Source: Nitrospirota bacterium
GTDB lineage: Bacteria > Nitrospirota > UBA9217
Assembly: GCA_963790205.1 (NCBI GenBank)
Contig: CAWBNQ010000001.1
Coordinates: 1,024,001-1,088,000 of the forward strand
Length of the DNA: 64,000 bases
Direction of reading: 5' to 3'
Below are positions 29,955 to 39,412 of this stretch, piece after piece (within the stretch, counting starts at the first letter, position 1; every line of letters starts with the position of its first letter). A program made the translations under genes and the position numbers. Under the pieces are notes generated by a model, which saw nothing but the letters and a program-made list of their open reading frames with translations, searched no databases and was not told the DNA's origin.

Positions 29955-30396
29955 GTTTCTCGCAAAGCTCGCAAAGCAAACCAGGGCTATAAACCATTTA
30001 CAATACGAACAATGCCGTCCTTTATGAATTCAGAGTTAAAATTGACGAGTAAGCCGAGTTTTATTCCGGAAAGCCTGAGATAGGTCAGCAGTTGTTTCTT
30101 GTGAATAGGTAAGATGTTTTCTAAGGATTTCAATTCAATGATAACTTTTTTTGCTACAATAACGTCTGCCTTAAAGCCGATACCCATGCTGATATTTTCA
30201 TATAGTACCGGAATTTCAACCTGCCTCTCGCAGGCGAGGTTCTTTTTGCTGAGTTCGTAACATAAGACCTCTTCATACACGGACTCGAATAAACCAGGGC
30301 CTAACTTCTTATGGATTTGATAGAAGCAATCAACAATAATTTTGGATAGCTCATTTTCATCCATGTTTTTTTCTCTTTGCGGGCTTTGCGAGAAAC
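29955..30396. mobile_element. GxxExxY gene cassette bounded by 22-bp inverted repeats
   Basis: GTTTCTCGCAAAGCTCGCAAAG (29955-29976) and CTTTGCGGGCTTTGCGAGAAAC (30375-30396), 21/22 complementary; mobility is inferred. Confidence 0.55.
29987..30364 (-). CDS. GxxExxY protein (PD-(D/E)xK nuclease-like)
   Basis: LGPGLFESVY, AD..V...IIELK, QLLTYL, GLLVNF. Confidence 0.95.
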   Translation of the reverse strand: MDENELSKIIVDCFYQIHKKLGPGLFESVYEEVLCYELSKKNLACERQVEIPVLYENISMGIGFKADVIVAKKVIIELKSLENILPIHKKQLLTYLRLSGIKLGLLVNFNSEFIKDGIVRIVNGL

Positions 30397-30400
30397 AAGG

Positions 30401-30793
30401 CTATTTGACCTTTTCCACGTACTCGTTTGTCAGGCGCTTGGGCCTGCCGCTTGCGTCCACGTACACGACCTTGGCCCTGCACTCCACAAAAACGCGTTGT
30501 GATGTCTTTTCCCGCATGACATGTTCGAACATCATCGTAGCTCGTGTCACGTCCCGTACCCAGGTCTCGATTTCTATGATGTCGCCGTACCTGGCCGGGG
30601 ACTTGTAGTCGATCTCAACGCGGAGCACCATGAAGATGGTGCCCTCGTCCATGAGCTTTTTGACGGAATATCCCCGGCTTGCCAGGTATTCGGTCCGCGC
30701 GTGCTCCATATAGCGAAGGTAGTTGGCATAGTACACCACGCCGCCGCAGTCCGTGTCCTCGTAGTATATCTTGATGTCCATGGTATGATTCAT
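30401..30793 (-). CDS. YbgC/FadM-family acyl-CoA thioesterase
   Basis: YEDTDCGGVVYYANYL..MEHARTE. Confidence 0.92.
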   Translation of the reverse strand: MNHTMDIKIYYEDTDCGGVVYYANYLRYMEHARTEYLASRGYSVKKLMDEGTIFMVLRVEIDYKSPARYGDIIEIETWVRDVTRATMMFEHVMREKTSQRVFVECRAKVVYVDASGRPKRLTNEYVEKVK

Positions 30794-30797
30794 GATG

Positions 30798-32222
30798 CTA
30801 CCCCTTTAATATCTTCTCGGCTGCCACCTGCGCCTCATGCACGCAGTCGCCGATGCCGATACCTTTGTACGAGCAGCCGATGAGGTGGAGGCCCGGATGG
30901 GTGGAAAGCATCCTGTCCAGAAGGGTGATCCGGTCGAGATGTCCTACGGTATATTTCGGCATTCCCTTGTTCCAGCGGTAGACTTTTGAGAATTGCGCGT
31001 TCGCCTTGAGGCCCACAATCGCATCGAGCTCTTCGAGGACCATCTTGACCATGCCGCTGTCGTCGAGGTCGTGCACAAGCTCCTCGTGATGTCCGCCTCC
31101 GACAAAAACGCGGGCCATGATCGTATCGTCGGGCGCGCGAAAGGACCACTTGATGGAGCTGTAGGTGGCCGCATTGACGCGCCTTCCCTCGACACGGGGG
31201 ACGATAAAGCCGAAGCCTCTGAGCGGGACCTTCACATCTTCTTTCTTGAACGCGACAGAGACCGTGGCGGACGAAGACCATTCGATCTTGTTCATCTGCG
31301 CAGCGAGCGTTTCATCGAACCCCTTGACCATCGCGGCGGCATCATAGGCCGCAGAAGCGATCATAACATGGTCCGTATCAAGGGTTTCTCCGCTCTCGAG
31401 GATCACGGCATATCCCTTGCCTTTCGGCTCGACGGCCTTGACCCCGGCCCCGAGGCGGATCGACTCTTTGCCGATGTAATCGGCGCATGCCTGCGACAGG
31501 GTCTGCATGCCGTTCTTGAAGCTCATGAAGTAGGTCATTTTCGTCGCGCCGGGTTTTGGGGGCGGGCCGGAGAGCGTGGCATGGGGACGGTTCTTCATGG
31601 CGGCGAGCATGCCGAGGATCAGGCTGCCGCTTTTCTGCTCCATCTGCACAAAGCGCGGGAAGGTTGCCAGCACGCTCATATTGTCAGGGTTCGAAGTGTG
31701 GATGCCCGCTACGAGCGGTTCGGCGATCTTCTCAAGGCATTCGCGGCCGAGGCGGCGCGTGACAAAGGAGGCGAGGCTCTCGTCCTCGACGAACTTGCGC
31801 TTCGGCATGAAGACTTCCATGCCCATCCGGAGCTTGCCGGGCCAGGAGATGAGGTGTGATTTTGCCATGGGCCAGAACGATGTCGGGACCATGAGCATCA
31901 CGCCCTCGGGCAGGGAGTGGAGCTTATTTTTCGAGTAGATGAAGGTGCCTTTGAACTCGTCGTTCGAGGGAAGCATCTCGGGCCCGAGGCCGAGATGCTT
32001 TGCAAGGTTTACGGTCCAGACCTTCTCCGGAAGAAAACTGTCCGGTCCGCCTTCGATGAGGTATTTATCGTGCTTTTCGGTAAGGATTTTACCGCCAAGA
32101 CGGCCGTTCTTTTCGAGCAGCAGAACGTCAACGTTTTTGCCGTGGGCCTTGGCCCCTGCCTTGAGATGGACGGCCGCGGCAAGGCCGGCGATACCGCCGC
32201 CTATAATGATGATTTTCGGCAT
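30798..32222 (-). CDS. hemY: Protoporphyrinogen/coproporphyrinogen oxidase, HemY type
   Basis: GGGIAGL, RLGGKI, EGGPDSF, GFGF.VP, MPKYTVGH, GIGIGDC. Confidence 0.93.
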   Translation of the reverse strand: MPKIIIIGGGIAGLAAAVHLKAGAKAHGKNVDVLLLEKNGRLGGKILTEKHDKYLIEGGPDSFLPEKVWTVNLAKHLGLGPEMLPSNDEFKGTFIYSKNKLHSLPEGVMLMVPTSFWPMAKSHLISWPGKLRMGMEVFMPKRKFVEDESLASFVTRRLGRECLEKIAEPLVAGIHTSNPDNMSVLATFPRFVQMEQKSGSLILGMLAAMKNRPHATLSGPPPKPGATKMTYFMSFKNGMQTLSQACADYIGKESIRLGAGVKAVEPKGKGYAVILESGETLDTDHVMIASAAYDAAAMVKGFDETLAAQMNKIEWSSSATVSVAFKKEDVKVPLRGFGFIVPRVEGRRVNAATYSSIKWSFRAPDDTIMARVFVGGGHHEELVHDLDDSGMVKMVLEELDAIVGLKANAQFSKVYRWNKGMPKYTVGHLDRITLLDRMLSTHPGLHLIGCSYKGIGIGDCVHEAQVAAEKILKG

Positions 32223-32244
32223 ATGGAACCCCTTTTAAGAAAGC

Positions 32245-32340
32245 CGAGTGACGATGGACGATTGTTCGCTGCGCTCACGTGGACGACGGACGCAAGGATT
32301 TTTCGTCCCTCGTCTCTCTTCCTTTGTCTCTCACCTGTCT
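32245..32340. repeat. 7-nt-periodic palindromic intergenic element
   Basis: GACGATG GACGATT...GACGACG GACG / TCGTCCC TCGTCTC TCTTCCT TTGTCTC. Confidence 0.6.
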
Positions 32341-33230
32341 GCTTTTTTAACGATGTCCGCCAACGCCTTGATAAAGAGGGGCGAAGTATTGAGCGAACTT
32401 ACCCGCTCGAAGATGAGCCCCAGTCCCGTGGCATATTTCCGGTGCACGATGTCGATGTCGTAGAGCGTCTCCAGGTGATCGCACGTGAACCCGATGGGGA
32501 CCTCCAGGATATAGCCGAATTTTTCCGCTGAGGCCCTATCGAGGACCCTTTCCACCTCGGGTTCGAGCCACGGCTCCGTCGCGCGCGTCCCCTTGCTCTG
32601 CCAGGCAATGCGCCATCCTTTTATGTCGATTCCCTCGGCAACGAGTTTTACCGTTTCCTCAACCTGCTTCTGATAGGGATCGCCGGCAGTGACGTATCGC
32701 AGAGGAATGCTGTGACTCGTGAAAATAACGACAGCATATTTTCTCTGCGTCTCACGAAAGCGCTTCTGAGCGTCGTTCACCTTCTCTTGCCACGCGCTGA
32801 TAAAGAGTGGATTGTCGTGCCAGCTCGGGATGAAGATTTTTTTAATGTTCTCCCCGCCGAGCGCTTCGAACGCGCTCCGGTAGGCGCCGGTCGTGACTTC
32901 CGTAGCAAAAGGAGACATGGAGAGACCGATGACGCGGTTTGCACCTTCCCGGACCGCCCTATCGAAGGACTCCCCGATAGAGGGCGAAGAGTATCGGAAT
33001 CCCGCGTAAACGCGGAAGCCGTGGCCGAGTTTTTTGGCCAGGGCGTCAGCCTGCGCTTGTACGAGGTCGGGCAAAGGTGATTTTCCGCCGATCAGTTCGT
33101 AGCGCTCGATCACGGCTTGGACAACAGGAGGCGGCGCGGGCCTTCCCATGAAGGCGGTCATGAACGGGCCGACCTCGTCGGGGGAGTGCGGCCCGCCCAA
33201 GGCGATAAGAATTATTGCTGTATGAGACAT
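32331..33230 (-). CDS. hemH: Ferrochelatase
   Basis: LGGP, Y..IGGKSP, SHSIP, GDPY, WQS, WLEP, DHLETLYDID. Confidence 0.95.
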   Translation of the reverse strand: MSHTAIILIALGGPHSPDEVGPFMTAFMGRPAPPPVVQAVIERYELIGGKSPLPDLVQAQADALAKKLGHGFRVYAGFRYSSPSIGESFDRAVREGANRVIGLSMSPFATEVTTGAYRSAFEALGGENIKKIFIPSWHDNPLFISAWQEKVNDAQKRFRETQRKYAVVIFTSHSIPLRYVTAGDPYQKQVEETVKLVAEGIDIKGWRIAWQSKGTRATEPWLEPEVERVLDRASAEKFGYILEVPIGFTCDHLETLYDIDIVHRKYATGLGLIFERVSSLNTSPLFIKALADIVKKADR

Positions 33231-33364
33231 TCCAGTAAATTCCAAACTCCAAATTACAAATCCCAAATAAATTCCAAATTCAAAATTCGAATTTTTAAAA
33301 TGTTTGGAATTTGGCGTTTGGTCATTGGTGCTTATTTGTGATTTGGTGCTTGCGATTTGTGCTT
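33231..33364. repeat. 7-nt-periodic palindromic intergenic element
   Basis: AATTCCA AACTCCA AATTACA AATCCCA / TTGGAAT TTGGCGT TTGGTCA TTGGTGC. Confidence 0.75.
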
Positions 33365-33365
33365 A

Positions 33366-34397
33366 TTATCTTCTGCTCAGTTCATGCGTCGCATTGATGA
33401 ACTCCGCGGCGTTTTCGAGCGGCGTCTGCTGCAGGATGCCGTGTCCCAGGTTCATGATGTGGCCGCTCCTGCCGCCGGCGCGGTCGAGGATTTCCTTGGT
33501 GCGCTTCCGGATGAACTCTTTCGAGCCGAAGAGCGAGACGGGATCCAGGTTACCCTGCACGGCCTTGTCAAAACCCACGCGCTTCCAGGCTTGGTCGAGG
33601 TCGCAGCGCCAGTCAAGTCCGATTACATCGCCGCCGGCTTCTGAAACCATTTCGAGGAGGTGCGTTGCGCCGTGTGCGAAGTGGATGAGGGGCACGGTCT
33701 TCTTGATACCGGCGATCACCTGCTTCTGGTGCGGGAGCACGAACTCGCGGTAGTCGCTCGGGCCCAGGGCGCCGACCCAGGAGTCGAAAAGCTGAACGAC
33801 CTGCACGCCGGTATCGATCTGGGCGTTCAGATAATTGATGATGACGCCGGTGAGGTGTTCCATGAGCTTGTGCCAGGTCTTGGGTTCCGCGAACATCATG
33901 GCCTTGGCATGCTCGTAATTGCGCGACCCGCCACCTTCAATAATATAGGATGCAAGCGTAAAGGGCGCGCCCGAGAAGCCGATCAGCGGCACCGTGCCGT
34001 TCAGTTCCTTGAGCACGATCCTGATGGCCTTCATGAGATACTCGATCTGCGTTGCCGCGTCAATCGGCTTGAGCTTCTGAACGTCGGCCATCGTACGCAC
34101 CGGGTTATGGATCACCGGGCCCTCGCCCTTGGCGAACTCGAGGCCGATGCCCATCGGCTCGAGCGGCAGCAGGATGTCCGCGAAGATGATGGCCGTGTCG
34201 ATCTCGAAGCGCCGTACGGGCTGGATTGTCACCTCGGCCGCGACTTCCGGCGTCTTGCACATCTCAAGGAACGTATGCTTCGCCCGGATCTCGCGGTATT
34301 CCGGCAAATATCTCCCCGCCTGGCGCATCATCCATACCGGCGTGCAGTCAACCTGCTCCCGCCTGCATGCCTTTACAAACCTGTCTGCTCTGGACAT
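33366..34397 (-). CDS. hemE: Uroporphyrinogen decarboxylase
   Basis: PVWMMRQAGRYLPEY, FADIL, QGNLDP, NLGHG. Confidence 0.97.
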   Translation of the reverse strand: MSRADRFVKACRREQVDCTPVWMMRQAGRYLPEYREIRAKHTFLEMCKTPEVAAEVTIQPVRRFEIDTAIIFADILLPLEPMGIGLEFAKGEGPVIHNPVRTMADVQKLKPIDAATQIEYLMKAIRIVLKELNGTVPLIGFSGAPFTLASYIIEGGGSRNYEHAKAMMFAEPKTWHKLMEHLTGVIINYLNAQIDTGVQVVQLFDSWVGALGPSDYREFVLPHQKQVIAGIKKTVPLIHFAHGATHLLEMVSEAGGDVIGLDWRCDLDQAWKRVGFDKAVQGNLDPVSLFGSKEFIRKRTKEILDRAGGRSGHIMNLGHGILQQTPLENAAEFINATHELSRR

Positions 34398-34497
34398 CGA
34401 TGGTCTCCTGACGTGTTTAAAAGTTTCGACGCAAGGCCCATAATAGTATTTTATGCTGGAAAACTCAAGGGAATTTTCTTGTGACCCGCGGTTCTGC

Positions 34498-35265
34498 TTA
34501 CTCTTTTTTCCTGAATGAGAGCGCCGCGAGGGTGAGCATGATAATGGATATGGCCGTGACGATGAAAAGATCCAGGGAGAGCGAAAATTCCGGACCGAGG
34601 GGAGGCGTGGCGTTTTGAAGCAGCACATGCTTGAACGCGTCGACGCCGTAGGTAAGGGGATTGATCTGGGTAAGATGCCGCAGCGCAGGAGGCATGGACG
34701 TTACCGGGTACATGGCGCCGGAGAGGAACAGCATGGGCATCACGAGGAAGTTCATGATGATGTTGAACCCGTCAAAGGATGTGAGCCGAGCGGCGATCAG
34801 AATTCCCAGCGAAGTGATGCAGAACGAGACCAGCACGGCCACGGCAACAACCTCGACAAACTGCATGATCGTGAGGTGGATGCCGAGGAACGGGGTAAGA
34901 ATAAGGATTATGATCGCCTGAGCGACCGATATGAATGTGCCGGATATGGCCTTGCCTACGACGATGGACATGCGCGAAATGGGAGCCACGAGCATCTCTT
35001 TCATGAATCCGAACTCCCTGTCCCACACGATGGAGATAGATGAGAAGATCGATGAAAAAAGAATCGTCATGCCGATCATGCCGGGGAAGATGAACTGCAG
35101 ATACGAGAAGCCCACATGGGGCTTGATGAGAGAGTTCATGCCGTTCCCGACCACGAAGAGCCAGAGCACGGGCCGGGCCAGGGTGCCCAGGAGGCGGCTT
35201 TTCTCGCGGAAGAACTTGATAAACTCCCGGATACAGATGACGTAAATGGGTCGGATCTGGATCAT
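34498..35265 (-). CDS. ABC-2 type transporter permease
   Basis: Multiple TM segments, DREFGFMKE.LVAP, FLSGA.YP, NPLTY. Confidence 0.92.
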   Translation of the reverse strand: MIQIRPIYVICIREFIKFFREKSRLLGTLARPVLWLFVVGNGMNSLIKPHVGFSYLQFIFPGMIGMTILFSSIFSSISIVWDREFGFMKEMLVAPISRMSIVVGKAISGTFISVAQAIIILILTPFLGIHLTIMQFVEVVAVAVLVSFCITSLGILIAARLTSFDGFNIIMNFLVMPMLFLSGAMYPVTSMPPALRHLTQINPLTYGVDAFKHVLLQNATPPLGPEFSLSLDLFIVTAISIIMLTLAALSFRKKE

Positions 35266-36245
35266 CGCTGCGCCCTCCGGTGGCTTCGGACGAACTCCCG
35301 CGTGACCTCCTTGCCGTTCTGGAGCCCTTCGTCCCTGATGGTCCTGCCGGTGAGCCGGAGAAAGACGTCGTTCAGGGTCGGTTTTTTGAGGCTTACGGAA
35401 AGGGTCCGGACCGGAAGTCCGTGTATCAATTTGGGAATGAGCTCATCTCCCCGCTCAACTTCGAGCGACAGGCCGCCGTTCTCCTCGTGCGCGGCGATAT
35501 TGAACGTCTTTCGTATCTCCTCACGGGCGAGCTTATTGTCGGCGGTCACGAGGTGGATGATGTCCCCGTGGACGGTCCCCTTGAGACGCGCCGGAGTATC
35601 CAGGGCGATGATCCTGCCGTGGTCCATGATGGCGATGCGGTCGCAGTTCTCGGCCTCTTCCATATAATGCGTGGTCATGAACACGGTGATCTTCTCTTTT
35701 TTCCTGAGCATGTTGATGAAGTCCCAGATCGTATTTCGCGTCTGCGGGTCGAGGCCGATGGTGGGCTCATCCAGAAAGAGCACGCGGGGATAATGGAGGA
35801 GTCCGCGGGCGATCTCGAGGCGCCGTTTCATGCCGCCGGAGAACGTCTTTATAAGGTCATGCTTCCGGCCCTGGAGTTCCATGACGCCCAGCATCTCATC
35901 GATCCTTCGCTCGGTGAGCCTGTGGTCGAGGTTGTAGAGGTAAGCATGGAATTTGAGGTTCTCGTAGGCCGTGAGCCCCGCATCGAGCGTTGTGTCCTGG
36001 AAGATGAGGCCGATAGCGGTTCGGACCTCATCCGGGCTTTTCGCGCAATCGTATCCGGCGATCTCCGCTCTTCCTCCGGTCGGGGACAGGAGCGTGCAGA
36101 GGATGTTGATGGTCGTGGTCTTGCCGGCCCCGTTCGGCCCGAGAAAACCGAAGACCTCGCCTTCGCTCACGGTGAACGATATCCCGTCAATGGCCTTGAG
36201 TGCCTTAAACTGCTTAGAAAGATTTTGTACGTTAATGATGGGCAT
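35262..36245 (-). CDS. ABC transporter ATP-binding protein (DrrA-like)
   Basis: GPNGAGKTT, FSGGMKRR, LDEPT, TTHYMEEA. Confidence 0.95.
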   Translation of the reverse strand: MPIINVQNLSKQFKALKAIDGISFTVSEGEVFGFLGPNGAGKTTTINILCTLLSPTGGRAEIAGYDCAKSPDEVRTAIGLIFQDTTLDAGLTAYENLKFHAYLYNLDHRLTERRIDEMLGVMELQGRKHDLIKTFSGGMKRRLEIARGLLHYPRVLFLDEPTIGLDPQTRNTIWDFINMLRKKEKITVFMTTHYMEEAENCDRIAIMDHGRIIALDTPARLKGTVHGDIIHLVTADNKLAREEIRKTFNIAAHEENGGLSLEVERGDELIPKLIHGLPVRTLSVSLKKPTLNDVFLRLTGRTIRDEGLQNGKEVTREFVRSHRRAQR

Positions 36246-36396
36246 AATCGGATTTCTCGATGCTCAATTCGAAATCTTGAACAATATCGAATGTAGAATA
36301 TCGAAAGACCGGTGTCTTAAACTGGTTTTCCTTTCTTATTCTCATTTTGAATGTGTTCAGGATTTCTCTGTTGGCGTTTCGTGCCTCTGCGTTAGT

Positions 36397-38070
36397 TTAC
36401 CATTCCATCCTGTCCTTCGGCACGTACCAGTGGATAAAGTTGTACATGATGCCGAGCGGGGCGGGTTCGATGCCCTTGAACCGCTTGTGCACGATCGGCA
36501 GGGCATCGGGCACATAGAGGAATGCATAGGGCTGTTCCTCGGCCAGGATCTCGTGAATGCGATAGTAGATCCTTTTCCTCTTTTCGATGTCGAAAGTCCT
36601 GCGTCCCTCTACAAGAAGCCTGTCGACCTCTGCGTTCTTGTATCCGATGAAATTGTATTCTCCCTTTTTCGTCTTGCTCGAATGCCAGATGTCATAAAGG
36701 TCCGGGTCCCGGCCCATGCTCCAGCCCAGGATGATGGCCTCGAAGGAGCGTTTGTCTATCTGATCCAGGAACGCCTGCCATTCCATGACCCTGATGCTCA
36801 CGTCGATCCCCACTGCCCGCAGGTTCTGCTGAATGATCTCGGCGGTGCGGATGCGTTCAGTGTTCCCCTGGTTCGTCAGGATCGTGAAATGGAACGGCTT
36901 GCCGTTTTTCTCGAGGATGCCGCCTCTGTTTTGGCTCTTCCAGCCCTCCTCGGCGAGCATCTTTCTAGCGAGCTCAGGATCATAGTTATAGCTCATTGCT
37001 CTGGGATTGTACGCCCAGGACACATAAGAGAACGGCCCGGTGCATGGTTTCCCGAGCCCGAGCAGGATGCCGTCGATAATGCTTTGCCGGTCGATTGCGT
37101 AGGACAGCGCCTGGCGAACTTTGACGTCGCTAAAGAGCGGGTTCGTCAGGTTATAGCCCATATAGGTGTAGGCATTCGCGGGATAGCGGAACTTGCGGTA
37201 ATTCTCCCTGATCCGCCGCGTCTCGCTCTTTCTGAGATACTGGAGCGGTGTCAGGCCCATCATGTCAACGCCGCCCGAGAGCAGCTCCTGGAACATCGTG
37301 GAGCTGTCGGGAATGATGCGGTAAATGAACTGATCGATGTTCGGCCTGCCTTCGAAGTAGTTGTCGTTTGCCTCGAGAACGATCTTCTGGCCTGCGATCC
37401 ATTCCTTGAACTTGTACGGCCCGGTCCCGATGGGGTGCCGGTTGAACTGGTCCGTGTTAATGTCCTTGCCGTCCAGGAGATGCTTCGGTATCATGCCCGT
37501 GCTCCAGCTCTCGAGCGCCGGCGAAAAGGGTTCCTTATAGGTCACCCGGAAGGTATACTTGTTTACGGCCTCCGCTTTCAAAATATCCATGTAAGAGCTG
37601 CTGTACGGAGTGGCCACCTTCGGATCGATGAACTTCTGGTAGGTGAACAGACAATCATCGGCGGTAAACTCTACGCCATCGTGCCACTTCACGCCCTTGC
37701 GCAGATGAAACGTTATGGTCTTGCCGCCGTTCGAGATGTCCCAGCGTTCAGCCAGGTCGCCGATGAGCTTGATGTCCTTGTCGTATTTCACGAGTCCGTT
37801 GAAGACCTGGTCGTTGATCGTCCCCGACGCCGAATCGTTCGCGATCACCGGGTTCAGCCGCCTGGCGTCGCCGATCGAGCTCTCGACGAAGCTGTTCGGG
37901 TTCCGCTCGGCCTTCTGGCCGCAGGCGGCCAGAAGGCCGAGCATAACAATGATCAACCACAGAGGGCACAAAGAAGAGGAAAGAACCTTTGAACGGAGCA
38001 ACCGTTTGTCCCTCTCTTTCGGGGACTCCTGTGGTGAAGGCATTCCCTCTGGTCTTTTGATGATCTTCAT
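36397..38070 (-). CDS. Peptide/nickel ABC transporter substrate-binding lipoprotein (start uncertain)
   Basis: LAAC lipobox, LRKGVKWHDG, PIGTGPY, VRQAL..AIDR. Confidence 0.92.
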   Translation of the reverse strand: MKIIKRPEGMPSPQESPKERDKRLLRSKVLSSSLCPLWLIIVMLGLLAACGQKAERNPNSFVESSIGDARRLNPVIANDSASGTINDQVFNGLVKYDKDIKLIGDLAERWDISNGGKTITFHLRKGVKWHDGVEFTADDCLFTYQKFIDPKVATPYSSSYMDILKAEAVNKYTFRVTYKEPFSPALESWSTGMIPKHLLDGKDINTDQFNRHPIGTGPYKFKEWIAGQKIVLEANDNYFEGRPNIDQFIYRIIPDSSTMFQELLSGGVDMMGLTPLQYLRKSETRRIRENYRKFRYPANAYTYMGYNLTNPLFSDVKVRQALSYAIDRQSIIDGILLGLGKPCTGPFSYVSWAYNPRAMSYNYDPELARKMLAEEGWKSQNRGGILEKNGKPFHFTILTNQGNTERIRTAEIIQQNLRAVGIDVSIRVMEWQAFLDQIDKRSFEAIILGWSMGRDPDLYDIWHSSKTKKGEYNFIGYKNAEVDRLLVEGRRTFDIEKRKRIYYRIHEILAEEQPYAFLYVPDALPIVHKRFKGIEPAPLGIMYNFIHWYVPKDRMEW

Positions 38071-38074
38071 ATCG

Positions 38075-38105
38075 AAAAAATAAAGGGGTAGGCAAGGCCT
38101 ACCCC
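38075..38105 (-). terminator. Rho-independent terminator after secG
   Basis: GGGGTAGG-CCTTG-CCTACCCC hairpin followed by TTTATTTTTT on the minus strand. Confidence 0.75.
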
Positions 38106-38140
38106 GAGAATCAGCGCATCAACATCAATGCATGGCTCAA

Positions 38141-38473
38141 TTATTTTCCCGGCGCCGGCGCGGGAGCCGGCTGAGTAGGCGGCATGAGAGGAACACCAGG
38201 GGCCGGCTGGGCCTGCTCCTGCTTTACCCCTTCCATGACCGAGCTCTTTCTCGACGAGGTGATCGCGAGGCTGAGCGATGTGATCATGAACACCACGGCG
38301 GCGCCCGTTGTGAGCTTGGACAGGAAGCTCTGCGCCCCGCGAGGGCCGAAGACCGTCTGGGAAGCGCCGCCGAAGGCAGCGCCGATATCCGCGCCCTTGC
38401 CTTTCTGTAAGAGAACCATCCCTATCAGGATGGCGGAGACGATGACATGAAGTGATATCAAGAATATACGCAT
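38141..38473 (-). CDS. secG: Preprotein translocase subunit SecG
   Basis: VLLQKGKGADIGAAFGG; located after tpiA. Confidence 0.95.
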   Translation of the reverse strand: MRIFLISLHVIVSAILIGMVLLQKGKGADIGAAFGGASQTVFGPRGAQSFLSKLTTGAAVVFMITSLSLAITSSRKSSVMEGVKQEQAQPAPGVPLMPPTQPAPAPAPGK

Positions 38474-38500
38474 TTACTACCTCCTCTGAATTGCACAGCA

Positions 38501-38540
38501 GTTTAAACCGTTCAAACAGTTTAAGCGGATCAAACTGTTT
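38501..38540. repeat. Tandem 9-mer (GTTyAArCn), shared with 40626-40661
   Basis: GTTTAAACC GTTCAAACA GTTTAAGCG GATCAAACT. Confidence 0.6.
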
Positions 38541-38541
38541 C

Positions 38542-39303
38542 TTACTTGAAATTCACCAGCGCCGCGAACGATTCCGGCTTCAGGCTCGCGCCGCCCACAA
38601 GGGCGCCGTCGATGTCCGGCATCGCCATGAGCGCCGACACGTTTTCCGGTGTTACGCTCCCGCCGTATTGTATGCGGAGTGAATCAGCAACTTCCTTGCC
38701 GTAGGCGATCTCAACTTTCTTCCTGATAGAGCGGTGGACCTCGTTGGCCTGTTCCGGCGTCGCGGTTTTGCCGGTGCCGATGGCCCACACGGGTTCATAG
38801 GCAATGACGATTTTTTGCATTTCCGACGCTGTTACACCTTTGAGCGCTCCGGTGATCTGGCGTTCGATCACCTCGTTCGCTTTTCCTGCCTCTCGTTCCT
38901 TGAGGGTCTCGCCGACGCAGACGATGGGGAGCAGCCCTTTGTTCAGGGCCTGACGAAGCTTTTTGTTGACGCTCTCGTCGGTTTCCCCGAAGTACTGCCT
39001 GCGCTCACTGTGGCCAATGATAACATATTTGCAGCCTAAAGCCAACAGCATTTCCGCCGAAATCTCGCCCGTAAAAGCGCCCTTGTCCTCCCAATGCATG
39101 TTCTGGGCCGAGAGGCCGATGGACGTCCCCTTGATCGCCTCTGCGGTTGCCTGTATCGCTGTGAACGGGGGGGCGAGCACGATGTCCCGGCCTGCGACGC
39201 TTGACACGAGAGGGACCAGCTTCTGAGCCAGGTCGCGCGCCTCGGCAGTCGTTTTGTTCATTTTCCAGTTGCCTGCGATAATGGGCCGTCTTTGTGATTT
39301 CAT
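38542..39303 (-). CDS. tpiA: Triosephosphate isomerase
   Basis: AGNWKM, GHSERR, AYEPVWAIGTG, YGGSV. Confidence 0.98.
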   Translation of the reverse strand: MKSQRRPIIAGNWKMNKTTAEARDLAQKLVPLVSSVAGRDIVLAPPFTAIQATAEAIKGTSIGLSAQNMHWEDKGAFTGEISAEMLLALGCKYVIIGHSERRQYFGETDESVNKKLRQALNKGLLPIVCVGETLKEREAGKANEVIERQITGALKGVTASEMQKIVIAYEPVWAIGTGKTATPEQANEVHRSIRKKVEIAYGKEVADSLRIQYGGSVTPENVSALMAMPDIDGALVGGASLKPESFAALVNFK

Positions 39304-39412
39304 AGAAGACCTTCTTTCTTTCGAAGCATTCACCGCAGAGCTCGCTGAGAAAAAATTTAAGATCCAAAGCTCATGGATTAAATCTTTTCACTCTGCAGTT
39401 AAAAAAGAATCT

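Noticed and set aside
33231..33364. Possible CRISPR array or coding repeat
   Set aside because: Units are 7 nt and degenerate with no unique spacers, and no cas genes are in the window
35971..37992. 673-aa plus-strand ORF
   Set aside because: Antisense shadow of GC-rich ABC genes with no recognisable motifs
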